In this document: positions 48,297 to 59,758 of the stretch, piece after piece | How positions within the stretch are numbered: position 1 is the stretch's first letter | Layout of the letters: each line of letters begins with the position of its first letter | Assembly: GCA_965603825.1 (NCBI GenBank) | Contig: CBFDEM010000002.1 | Span: forward strand, 496,001 to 560,000 | DNA from: Blepharisma stoltei ATCC 30299 | Lineage: Eukaryota > Protista > Ciliophora | Reading direction: 5' to 3' | DNA length: 64,000 nucleotides | Notes under the pieces: generated by a model | What the model saw: the letters and a program-made list of their open reading frames with translations, nothing else | What the model was told of the DNA's origin: nothing | Database searches by the model: none | Made by a program: the position numbers and the translations under genes

Positions 48297-49127
48297 TTAT
48301 TCAATTGGTTTGTATTCTCCAGCAACAACAGCGTGGTCAACTTCATAAGGTTCCAAAGTAAGCATCTCTTTTGGCACAAATCCCATCTCCTTCAAAGTCT
48401 CTATTTCCCTCTCAAACACCACACTAGGCTCTACAGTCGAATCAATACAATTTGCTTTAATTGAAATCACAAAATGTCCTCCATTCTTCACAAAATGCTG
48501 TGCATTATGAGCTAAAATTCTGGCTTGGTCTCTTTGTGCGACATCAGCAAAAATAACATCAACCATTGGTACAAGCATTCTGTACCTCATTGGATGTCTA
48601 GCGTCATCTACAATTGGTACCACATTTGTCCTTCTTTTAGCCATATTCACTAAGTCTCTGCCAGATCTATGAGAAAACTCTACAGCATATACAGCTCCTT
48701 CAGGGCCTACTATATCTGAAACATGGCTAACTGTTGTACCAGATGCTGCTCCTAGATAAAGAACTTTAGCGCCTGGCTGGATCCAAATTTGGTCGATTCC
48801 ACCCAAAATAGCTGCAGCGATTTTAGACCTATAAGGGTTCCATACTCTGTATTCAATTTTGTCTTCCCCAACTTGGACTGGGATTCTTTTTTCTTGATAA
48901 ACGCTTTCTCCTGGGGCGAAACTTTTTGTAACTAGAGAGTCTTCATTACCTCTGGCAATGAAAATTCCTGGGAATCTGTGAGGCTCGACTAAGACTTTGG
49001 AGCCACCTTTCATGCCTCTTCCGCCACGGCCACCTCTTGGAGCGCCTCTACCTCTTGGACCTCCTCTTGGTGGGCCACCACGGCCTCTTGGTGCACCTCT
49101 TCCTCCTCCAAAATCTCCTCTAACCAT
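48297..49127 (-). CDS. FBL: Fibrillarin (rRNA 2'-O-methyltransferase)
   Basis: RGG N-terminus, [34 protein letters not shown] at 49127. Confidence 0.97.
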   Translation of the reverse strand: MVRGDFGGGRGAPRGRGGPPRGGPRGRGAPRGGRGGRGMKGGSKVLVEPHRFPGIFIARGNEDSLVTKSFAPGESVYQEKRIPVQVGEDKIEYRVWNPYRSKIAAAILGGIDQIWIQPGAKVLYLGAASGTTVSHVSDIVGPEGAVYAVEFSHRSGRDLVNMAKRRTNVVPIVDDARHPMRYRMLVPMVDVIFADVAQRDQARILAHNAQHFVKNGGHFVISIKANCIDSTVEPSVVFEREIETLKEMGFVPKEMLTLEPYEVDHAVVAGEYKPIE

Positions 49128-49161
49128 GGTTAATATGGAATTATAATTAATTAAAGAATTT

Positions 49162-50685
49162 ATGCAAAAATTTTCGAATAAAGAAGATAGAGATATGACT
49201 CCCAAGTATAGGGAAGCGTGCAGAAGGCTAGGAATTAATCCTGAAGAATTAGCCTATAAATCTATTGATGAGTTTAGAGAGCCTGGGATAAGTTATGAGG
49301 TGGCTAGGCTTTACTATAACAACTATGAAACGAAAAGAAACGAAAGGATAGCTTGAATATGGAGTGAAAGAGAAAGAATCAAAGAAAATGAAATGAAAAC
49401 TAGACAAACAACAGCAGCTACCAATATTTCATGGACAAATTCAGTCAGTTATGAAAAAGAAAAGAGAGAACTTGAGTGACTCCAGAGAAAACAATCAATT
49501 GATCTTAATTTCTTAAAAAAACAGAAAAGCTATCTAATATCCCTTGAGACGAAAGACCGTGATATAGCTGAAAGAAATAAAGAAAAACTTGAAGAAAGGA
49601 ACAAAGAAATAGAGAAAAAAAGAAAATTGCAAGAAGAAAATAAAAGAAAAAGAGACCAAATTTTAGCTGAGCGTCAAATAAAATTAGAAGAAGCTATATT
49701 AAAGCAATCTCAGCTAGATTCTCAAAAATCTCAAGACTTTCTAAAGATAAAAGCTGAGAGTGAACAGGAAAAGAAAGAAGAAGCCAAAAAGAAAGAAATA
49801 GAAATGAAAAATAAGCAAGATGAATTTCAAAGGAAAATTGAGCAGATGGAAACTTTTAAAAAAAGAATTGCTGAGGAAAAGAAGCAAGAGCTAGAAGAAA
49901 GAGAAAGAAATAGGATAGAAGCTATAAATAGCTTGAATAGAGAAAGAACAGAGGAGAATTTAAGGAAAGCTGAAGAGAAAAAGCAAAGAATTGAAGAGGC
50001 AAAAAGAAATTTGGAAAAATTAAAAGAAAAAAATAAACTGGAGACCGAAAAAAAGCAAATGATTAATGAAAAAAGGAGAAAAGAAATGGATGAGGAAAAG
50101 AGGATAGAAATTGAAATTTCTAGACAAAATGCTCAAGAAAAAGCTAAGCACTTAGATTATGTTAAAAAAATGAATCAAGATAATGTAGAAAAAAGAAGAA
50201 ATGATTTATTAAAATGTTCATCCATAGCAGATATGAGATTCAAAGAGCAGCAAAAAATAAAGCAAGATGAAATTCAAGAGAAAAAGCAAGAGCTTAAAGC
50301 TCACTATGATGCAATAAAACAAGCAAAGTTAAATCTCCAAATATCTGAGTCTGAAAGGCTAAATAAGTTAAGGGAAAAGCAATTTGAAGAAGACCGTAAA
50401 ATAAAAGAGCTGAAAGAACAGATAAATAATTACGAAAAGAGCAAAAAAGAAATAAAAAATAAAAAACATCAAGAAAGGCTGGAACTAGTGAAAAGTGCTA
50501 AAGAGGAAGATATGCTGAAAAGGCAAAAAACATTAGAAAGGATAAGAGAAGAAGATAAAAGGTCAGAAAGAATCAAAGCAGAAAGAGAGGAAAGTATGAA
50601 AGATAGACAAAGAGCGAAGTCTGTTGCACAGTTTGAAAGGAGCTCAATGATTGAAAAGTTTAATAGTGAAAAGAAAAAAGTGTAA
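49162..50685 (+). CDS. E/K/R-rich coiled-coil protein
   Basis: ORFs joined by TGA at 49354 and 49477; N-terminal [18 protein letters not shown]. Confidence 0.82.
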
Positions 50686-50777
50686 AATACCAAAAACTAT
50701 TTAATTAAAATAATAAATTTGCCGGGATTTTTATGAGTAAAGAAATAAATTAATTATGATAATTGTGCTATCATCGG

Positions 50778-51290
50778 CTAGAACTGGAATGGAAATGGCT
50801 CAAATTCAGCTTCACTCTCAGTATATGGAGAGGGAGCTGTATAGTAAATATCTCCTGATCAGCTTTCTTCAGCCTGTTTAGGCTGCAAGTTTTCTTTTAT
50901 ATCCTCTTCACAGTTCTCATTTTGAATTTCTTCTTGCGGCTGGGTTTCTTCATTTACATTATCTTCAACCTTGTCTGCTTCTTTGTCCGCTGCCTTTTCT
51001 GAAAATTCTGGACTATTAATATCATTCTCTGTGCATCCTGTGTTTAATTGAGCGTCACTTTCTGCCTCAACTACTCTCTTTTGTGGGGTAACTTCTTTGA
51101 TTAAATCCATTTCATCTAATGGCTGTTGAGATTGTGTTAAGTTTGTAAGTTTATCTTTTCTTGGGCGACGATTTATAGTTCTCTTAACAGCTCTCACAAG
51201 CGGGGTCTCTCTTCTTGTTCTTTTGATAGTGTTGACAAAAGCGCAGGTTATTTTGTTAAGTGCTTCAGGTTTTTGTACAATGAGCTTCAT
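50778..51290 (-). CDS. Hypothetical protein with acidic C-terminus
   Basis: Extends through TGA 50859 to TAG 50778. Confidence 0.68.
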
Positions 51291-51754
51291 ATTGATTTAT
51301 TAACCACTTATTTAACAGAAATAAGTCTTGCTTATATGATATCAAATGAATTTAAAGCATATGCTAAAGATTAATTACTTTGCTGAATGAAATATTCAAT
51401 AAAAATAAATTAACGATTTAATGGAAAATTTTAATTTTTTAGATAATATCTAGGACTAGAGTAACTCTATGTATCAGTGTATTTTATAATGCTCTATTTG
51501 CAAAATTAAACTAATGCCAGTATTAAAGCATTGCATATATATAAAATTGTCTAGCAAATGAGTTTAAGAAATCTAAACATTTTATTAAGCGCAATATTAT
51601 TTAAGATTGAATTAAGGTTTGCTTTATTAAAATTAAAGTAAATAATTAAATTTCTTACTTAATAGGAGGTACTGCCTCTAGCGGACATGGCCGGATGTGA
51701 ACAGTATAAAAACAAAAATTAAATCTAAAGCTTAAATCTCTTTCAACAATAAAT

Positions 51755-52958
51755 ATGTCTTTTGCCATCAAATTTGCTTTTCTCTACATTTTCATTTCCT
51801 CTTCTTTTGCTGCAATTTCTATTGACCTCCACCGTCGTTACAAAACCGGCAAAAAGCTTTCGGAATATCCATCAAATGTGCCGTTCTGAAGGAACATCGA
51901 ATAAGGTTACTAATTTTGAAAATGTAAAACTTATTTAGTGACTTTACTATGGGATGGTAAATATTGGAACTCCACCCCAAGTTTTTACTTGTCACATTGA
52001 CACCGGAAGTACAATGATATGGGTTGTTCAAACTGGATGCCAAGATTGCCATAAATGCAACAACACCTTTACGCCTTCCAAATCAAGTACATTTTCTACA
52101 GAATTCTACCCTTATAATTTAACTTACTTGAAAGGTAAGACTATAGGATATATTGCTTATGACACTTTAAGTCTTGGGGATGCAAGTATAAATGTAACTG
52201 ACCAACCTTTTGTGCTTGCGATTGGAGAAGAAGATGACGATGGTTATGCATCAGATGGACTTATCGGATTTGCCTTTGATTCTTTAGAGCCAGGCTACCC
52301 ATCCTTTATGACCCAGTTATATATTCAAGGGGAAATCAAGCATAGGACATTTGCTCTTTATTTAAACAAGGAAGGAGGAGATATTTCATCAAATCTCATG
52401 ATCGATGGCTATGATTTGAAAAAATATTCAAAAGATAAAGACTTCCTCTATTTAAATATATACCAGCAAAGTGGCTTTTGAAATCTTTTAAATACCCAAT
52501 TTAGCTTTGGAAATACAATTCTAGCGACTTACATTCCAGCTGTGCTTGATTCAGGCACGTCATGAATTTATGCCCCTGAAGAAATATATGAATCAATTTT
52601 AGATGAATTTATTGGGTCCTCCAGTTGCGAAATGATTTCAAAACAAATACAATGTCTTTGCGATAAAAAGTACCCTGATTTTAGCTGGATATTGAATGGG
52701 CATACGTTCAATATTTCGTCTGAATCTTATTTTTCTAAAAAACAAAAAATTGATGGAGTCAATTTATGCCAGTTCCTTCTTGGTAAGGGTTCAGAAGATG
52801 CATGACTGCTAGGTGATGTTTTTATGAGGAATTTTTATATAAATCATGACATGGATAATTTGAGAATAGGAATTGCAGAAGCTAGACATAGTGATAATGC
52901 ACTTAGGTGGATTTTCGAAGGATGGAAGCTGATTCTTATCCTAATCATTGCATCTTAA
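51755..52958 (+). CDS. Pepsin-family (A1) aspartic protease with a frame disruption in the pro-region
   Basis: Signal peptide from 51755; YYGMVNIGTPPQ, DTGS, DSGTS, W-LLGDVFMR. Intron 51924-51938. The leader frame hits TAA at 51902. Confidence 0.85.
51924..51938 (+). other. 15-nt intron gtaaaacttatttag
   Basis: Removal gives VTNFEN-WLYYG, the usual start of the mature pepsin fold. Confidence 0.85.
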
Positions 52959-53590
52959 GCAAATAATTATCATCCTTATTATCTAATATTTAAATTAATC
53001 TGGACGAAGGGTAGTACACAGAATGATGAAATAATCAAGTAATAATGATTTCATTACAAAAAACTTGATTTTGTAGGAAAATTACAAACATTAAGTTTAT
53101 AAAAAATTTTACTTATTAAAACGTTTTTAATAATCAATTTAGCTTTAAAAATAGCATTATTTACTTATATTTCAGTAATAATATGTTCGGTTACTCATTA
53201 ATTTAGCTCCTCTCAACTATATGCTATCCTTGGAAATGCAGCAGCAACTATTGCTGCCTTAGCTATGCTTTTATAACAAAATATTATATCAAAAATGATA
53301 TGATAATTTGAAAGCCATATTTGCAGAAACCAATTATAATGCTATTCAATCTAATGGCATGAGTGGGAGCTTATCTTAATCTTAATCATTACTTCTTAGC
53401 AATATTAATAGCTAAAGCTTAATTAACTAAAATAACCTTATTTTTTTTAATTTCTTCAAGCAATCTTATAAAAGCAATTTTTGATTTTATTTTTCTACTT
53501 TAAAACTTAACTATACACATAATTAATTGCAATTAATTAAACTCTCAATTTACCACTATCATTATCCAATAATAGAAGTATAAAAAAGAA

Positions 53591-54568
53591 ATGTCCCAAA
53601 GAGTTTGCTATAAACCCGGATGTGGAGCAAAAGCCAAATTCAAATGCGTCTGCACCACTCCTGAAACTTATATGTGTGAAAAACATATCGACGATAGAGA
53701 TCCACTCTTCAGAAGTCACATGGGCCATGAACTGATCAATGTTTATTGCAAGCCAGATTACGCTTCGAAAGATGCCTTCCTTAAGTTTCTTAATACTGAA
53801 ATCATGAAACTTGGAACAGTCGAAAAAATCATTGTTGAAAACACAATGCTTGAAATTAAGGCTATCGAGAACAGTCTCCATAAAATCCTCTTTGGCATCA
53901 GTGATGCTAAAAACACTTTATCTCGTCTATTAGAAGAAATAAACTCCCTAAGAGAAATGCCTTACGACAGCTCCAAGTCTCTATACAATTGATTAAAACT
54001 CCCCATACAAGAAGTTAATGCTCTTATCGAAAATTTAAAAAGGACCAAAGAGTTGCCCTCATCAGAAGGTTTTTACCAAGAAATGATAGACTTTACCCTA
54101 GATTTCGCCTTAAAACCAATAGAGTCTCCTTTAGAAATTTTAGAAATTTTAAATGAAGGGAATAGAAAAAGTCAAAACCAATGCTTTAAGCAGCAAATGA
54201 ATGTTATCTTAAACCTAAAAAATATTGTTGGGCATTATAAAAACAATCTTAATCAAGATTTAAGAAGCCCAATCAATAATGAAAGGTCTCCGAACTCGCT
54301 TTCTACGTATAAGCAAGACTTTGAAGCGTTGGCTAAGCAGGATATATCGAATTACAACATTCCTAAAAGAAATAGCCACATATTTACGAATAATAATTTG
54401 GCAGCACCTGATGCGGCTTATCATATGACGGTGGAAGGGGTTGAATTAGAGCATTCAGATTCAGATCAGCCAACCACAGAAGAGGCATCTTCAGTAAACA
54501 CTACGCATTCTGCTTATACAGCAGAAACTATTTCAGATTATTCTCCGATGAATACGCAATTCAGCTAA
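53591..54568 (+). CDS. Hypothetical protein with N-terminal Cys/His Zn-binding motif
   Basis: CYKPGC..CVC..CEKH..H; two ORFs joined by TGA 53990. Confidence 0.78.
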
Positions 54569-54974
54569 TAGAAAAGGAAAAGGCAAAGGTATAAATAATT
54601 AATGGTTATATTAATTAATAGACTGATAGATTAATATCTATAGAGATTGTTTAAAATTCGATATTATTACCGTCTGAATTAAGCAATATTCTCAAGATTT
54701 CAATTTGGTAAAGAATAATTTTTTTGATTTTAATAAATGATAGGGTATGATTGTTCAAGTAATATTTAATATGCAATATAGCTTTTCTCTGTAAAATCGT
54801 TTATAAATATAAGTTTATCTGCATTAAATATATCATAATTTTATCGTGATATATTTAAATGGCTGTGCTAATTTTATTAAGTTCAATTTCCCTTGCTCTT
54901 AGCATTCTTGTCTTCTTAAAAGTTAGCAAACTTATACTAACTTTAATGCAGTAATAGATCCAAAAACTGATATT

Positions 54975-55560
54975 TTTTGCTTCTGCAAATCACATTCTTA
55001 AGCTATCATGATAAATATAATATTTCCTCATAAAAGCATCACATAGTAGCCAAATAAGGCATTCGAGTTTTGCCAGGAATTATTCGGCATATTGGATTCT
55101 CATCATCAACTTTATATTTTTCAAAATAAAATCCAGATTCTATTTTAAACGTATACCCATTCCATAACTAGCTAAAATCAGGGTATTTCAAAATATGCGA
55201 ACAAAAATAATTATTTAAAATTTCTTTACACCCATAGTGCCCAGCAAATCCATACATGATTGACTCATGCAGTTTCAGGAGCCACAATATGCGAGGAGCC
55301 TAAGTCAATAATTGATAGAAAATTATCATTATAAAAATAATTTCCAAAGCTAAATTGAGTATTTAAAAGATTTCAATGCCCACTTCCTTCATATACACTT
55401 CAGAAAGTAAAAATTTTTCTTTTAAATAGTTCTTCAGGTCATACCATTAAAAGAAGATTTGATGAAAAAAAGATGTTCCTCTTTATTATTTAAATAAATA
55501 TTAAATGTTCTGTGCTCAATTTTCCCTTGAATATATAGTTGATTCATAAAAGAGGATAAT
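54975..55560 (-). pseudogene. Decayed inverted paralogue of the aspartic protease gene
   Basis: The reverse complement aligns by eye to ~52300-52885 (tatatattcaaggg, gaaatcttttaaatac-caatttagctttggaaat, taccctgattttagct, ttttatgaggaa, ttgcagaagc). It has frameshifts, a TAG, and DSG changed to DLG. Confidence 0.85.
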
Positions 55561-55897
55561 ATTTCTTAGCACTCTAAAGATTTGCAGTCTGGTCAAGGCC
55601 TATTTATTAATTATGAATTGGCTAAATAATTATTTCCAACAAAAGAGACAAAATTTTCTGGATTATTAGCTTCGCTCTTTTGCCTTTATTTCCATAATTA
55701 CAAAAAGAGCTAATAATATAGAGAAATTATAATCCTGGTAAGAACCCCAAAGTAAAAACTAGTGCGAAGATTCATACTGAATTATAGACAAAGAAAAACC
55801 CTATTTTTTAAATAAGCTAATCTTCGTATATCTAAAAATTCAATCTTAGAATTAGTTTTAAATGACTTTAAATAAATTCAATTTCACACAGCAATAA

Positions 55898-57652
55898 CTA
55901 ATCTTTGCTTGAAAATTGAGGTCTATGATTTAATTGTAATTTTGCATCAGAGTAGCTCCGTTGCACTCCTGCTTTATCTGACATCCTCAAAGGAGAAGGA
56001 GATTTTCGGAAATCACCGATAAGCATTGACACTTTATTAATCATTTCATCAATATCAGGTCTGGAAACTGACACTGAAGAAAATTGTACACACTGAGATC
56101 TCGGTAAATTGTTTTCCATTGTAGAATTTGAGAAATCTTGGTCGCCTAACTCTATAGATTTTCTCATTTTAATTATTTCTGACTGGTTTTCTTTAAATTC
56201 AATCTTAGGAACTTCTTTTATTTCTGTATTAAATCCGTCAATTTTATGATTTTTTTCTTCTTTTATTGTAGGGCCATAATGAGCTGTTGCAAAAGCTTCA
56301 TAAAATCTGATAGCAGTTCTCAAAAATTCATATAAAATAAAAGCAGTTAACGTCCTATCAGTGGCTTTTACATCATCAACAGTAAACTTATCCAGCATTT
56401 GTTTAATTTTCTTGATGATTTTGCAAGAAATCATCTCGTTTTCAATAAAATAAAAAATCTGCCTAGTTGTTTGGACAACCATTCCTGGGTTTTTGGCATA
56501 TTTTTGCATAGAATTAACAGCAGAGCTATCTCTTGCTTTGCTGCTTGGGAGTGAAATGGTTTTGTCTACTTCAGAAAAAAGCAAGAGAAATGATGTGCAT
56601 ATTGAATCAATAATATTATTACCTGGATTAAGGATTTTTTGCCAAATATTAATGACTCGTGGAGTAATTCTGTTAATTTTTTGCTTTAGCTCAACAGCAA
56701 TTTCAGCTAAATTTTCTGATTGTGGAACTTCTTCTGGCTGCTTTCTTGGAGATGCAGGCTCCGCAGATGATATTATATTATTTTCATCTAAATCACTTGC
56801 TAGCTGTAATAATTTATTAGCTAAAGCTCTATAATCTGCTTTGTCGTTGCTTATAGCAATTTTTTGAATATCATTAATAGATGATTCCATCAAAGAGTAG
56901 AAATTTAAAGATAAATCAGGTATTGCCTCCAAACAATCATCGAGTACAACCCTCATTTGTCTAGCCTTTCTTAACAAATTTTCATTAATTTCAGTTGTTG
57001 AAGCTATTGATTTGCAAACGTCAGAAAAATATTTTTCTAAAATGACGAGTGAAATAGGTTTTTCCTTTTTAGGTTTTGGGGATAAACTTTTTCTTGAATA
57101 AACACTAGATTTAGGACTATCAGAAGGATTCAATAGGTTTATACTTAATGGCTGAGAATTAGGGAGTGTTTGATTTCTTTTGTGAGTAAAACCTGCTTTT
57201 ACTTGAGGAGAGTTAGGTGAGCGCTCTGGAGAAAATGGTCTTGATCTATTTGATTGGGGCTCTTTAGGCTTTAAATTAACTTTGGCAACAGGTCCAACCG
57301 TTTTTGATGGAGATTTTTGTTTATATTTTAAAGGGGATACAGTTTTACGTTCAAGCTCAATTAATTCGATTTTCTTTTGAGTTTTTGGCACAGTGTCATA
57401 ATTTTCTTCAAGCACTTCCTTAGTACCCTTAGCATCATTTATTTTAGTCTTTATCTCATTTGATTTGCTTTTGTAGTCTTCATGGATTTTAACTAAATCT
57501 TGCATAATCGGATTTCCTCTACCAGCTTTTATATTTTTAGCCCCTGCCTTTTGTATTGCTTTTGCTAGTAAACTCTTTCTTACACATCCTAATTGGCTCA
57601 AATCAGTATTTCCCACTTCGTCCTTGGTTGAGGAATCTACTAAATTTTCCAT
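55898..57652 (-). CDS. Hypothetical protein, Ser/Pro/Lys-rich N-terminal half
   Basis: 584-aa ORF from ATG 57652. Confidence 0.82.
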   Translation of the reverse strand: MENLVDSSTKDEVGNTDLSQLGCVRKSLLAKAIQKAGAKNIKAGRGNPIMQDLVKIHEDYKSKSNEIKTKINDAKGTKEVLEENYDTVPKTQKKIELIELERKTVSPLKYKQKSPSKTVGPVAKVNLKPKEPQSNRSRPFSPERSPNSPQVKAGFTHKRNQTLPNSQPLSINLLNPSDSPKSSVYSRKSLSPKPKKEKPISLVILEKYFSDVCKSIASTTEINENLLRKARQMRVVLDDCLEAIPDLSLNFYSLMESSINDIQKIAISNDKADYRALANKLLQLASDLDENNIISSAEPASPRKQPEEVPQSENLAEIAVELKQKINRITPRVINIWQKILNPGNNIIDSICTSFLLLFSEVDKTISLPSSKARDSSAVNSMQKYAKNPGMVVQTTRQIFYFIENEMISCKIIKKIKQMLDKFTVDDVKATDRTLTAFILYEFLRTAIRFYEAFATAHYGPTIKEEKNHKIDGFNTEIKEVPKIEFKENQSEIIKMRKSIELGDQDFSNSTMENNLPRSQCVQFSSVSVSRPDIDEMINKVSMLIGDFRKSPSPLRMSDKAGVQRSYSDAKLQLNHRPQFSSKD

Positions 57653-57804
57653 TTTATCCAATTAAAAATTCAAATTTTCAAGACGATTTTACTTGATTTT
57701 TAAGCAAGTAAAATATCGAATTTTCTTTAAAATTGCAGTTTCTTTATAAATTGCTCTGAAATTTCTTTATGACTTAAAAAATGAATTCGAAATAAATAAA
57801 AGAA

Positions 57805-58194
57805 ATGAGCGAGCTTCAGGAACGAATTGAAAGAACAATGAGAAAGATAGAAGATTTTTACTTTGGAGATGAAGGAGATTCTGGTGAGCAGATGCTATCA
57901 AGTTTCGCTGAAAAATACTCTCATCTTTTCAATCGTCACATGAGGGCGACTGAAGTTGAAAACAGGCTTGAACATACCTTGGCTTATCAAGAATTCCAAA
58001 ACATCTTTGAAGCCAAGCTAGATGAATTAGTTAGTTCTGAAGGCTGAACTGTTGACCAATTTTTTTCAGAGCTTAAAGGGAGAGTAGAAGAAGATGAAGA
58101 TTGCGCAGTTTTTGTGCAAGTTATACTTTCAATTTCGGATTATTCTAGTTTTGTCGATATGATGGCGTCTTATTGCAAGCATCATCGTAAATAG
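57805..58194 (+). CDS. BART-domain protein (ARL2BP/CFAP36-like)
   Basis: ENRLEHTLAYQEFQNIFEAKL..G-W-TVDQF..ILSISDYSSFVDMM. Confidence 0.85.
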
Positions 58195-58400
58195 CGTATT
58201 GAAAAATACTCAAAAAAAATCTAAAGTTAATTTATTAACATATCTCACAAATTATTTCTATGTTAATAGAGACCCGCTTTTTCACACATGGCTGAGTTAT
58301 AAGAGCAGAATAAATAAATTAATTTACCCAATAATTAAATAATTTATTTTAGTATGAAAATTAGATCCCTTTTTCTCTTTCTAAATGTTGTAAATACTTA

Positions 58401-59471
58401 ATGGATATTTTACAAATATTTAGATCATGTGTTACTGGTATGATCCCTGTCACAATTATCACAATTTCAGGAGCTTACCTTACATGAGCTAAAGTATTTG
58501 AAAAAAAGTCCAATGAAGTAATATCCAAAAGCAGTGCAAGGTTCTTTTTTCCTCTATTTATTGTTATAGCTATGTCAAAAGCTGTGGATACATCAACTAT
58601 CGTATCTTTATGGCCATTATTTGTAGGCCAAGTTCTGCTTATTTTTATCACAATTGGGCTAGGGTTTTTAATGTTACCAATATTTAAGGTTCCTAAGGAA
58701 TTTAAATATACGACAATATCAATACTTGCTTTTTCTAATGTAGGAAATGTGCCACTGCTAGTAATGAAAGGAATATGTGCATCTTATGGGCCTTTTGCTG
58801 GAGATGATTATTGTGATAACTCAGTAGGATATATATCTATTGTCTGTTTTGTGTTTAATATTATGATTTGGTCAATCTGCACAGCCTTTGTTCGAATTGA
58901 CTCAAGTGAAAGAGCAAAAAACGAAAACTCAGAAAATAATCCAAATAGCACCGACCTAAAAAAATTGATTATAAACGGGCTCTTATCCCCAGTCCCAATA
59001 GCATCTGTACTAGGATTGCTAATAGGACTTTTACCAGGCTATAAATGGCTATTTGTTTATAAGTCGTCACCTCTCTATGCATTCTTTGATACTCTAAGTG
59101 TCATTGGATATGTAGGGATTGTTGCGTCACAGATGGTAGTTGGGAGCAATTTAATGATGATAGAAAGGAAAGAAAAATTCCTTGATACTCATTTTTTATG
59201 GACCCTAACTTTCACTAAAAGTGTTGTGCTTTCAGGGATTTATCTATTTATTGTTTGGGGCTTTTGAGAAATAGGAGTTTTTGGGGATAATAAGGTAATG
59301 GCTTATGTGCTATTTATTGCTCAAACAAGTCCTGTGTCTGTGACTGTAATGATTGTATGCCAACTTTTTAACACAAACTTAAAAGAGTGCTGCATAACTA
59401 CGCTTTGACAGTATATTGCTGCACCAGTTTATATGACTTTATACTCATATGCATTTTTCTTGATAATTTAA
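58401..59471 (+). CDS. PILS/auxin efflux carrier-like membrane transporter
   Basis: FFFPLFI, AFSNVGNVPLLVM, SPVPIASVLGLLIG, VGSNL. Three TGA-Trp. Confidence 0.85.
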
Positions 59472-59758
59472 AAAATTTTACACAAAATTTGAATTGTAAT
59501 CATAAGAATCAGCTTCTTTAAAAAATAATTTAATAGAAAAGAATAAATGAATAGACTTTTTATTTATAGCTTTTATTAAATCTATACGAGTTATTTTTTA
59601 AAAATATCAATAAATAAATACGATTATAAGTCAAATAGCGCTGCTATTTTAGGTTAATTCACCACTTGCTTGATATTTAGTATCTTTTAAAATATGCTGA
59701 TTCTTTTATCTATTCTGTTTCCTTTATAAATTCCTTAGACTATAAAAAATAATTTAAA

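Noticed and set aside
49128-49205. N-terminal extension of fibrillarin in the ORF track
   Set aside because: It begins at a non-ATG codon and overlaps the divergent gene; the RGG domain starts at ATG 49127.
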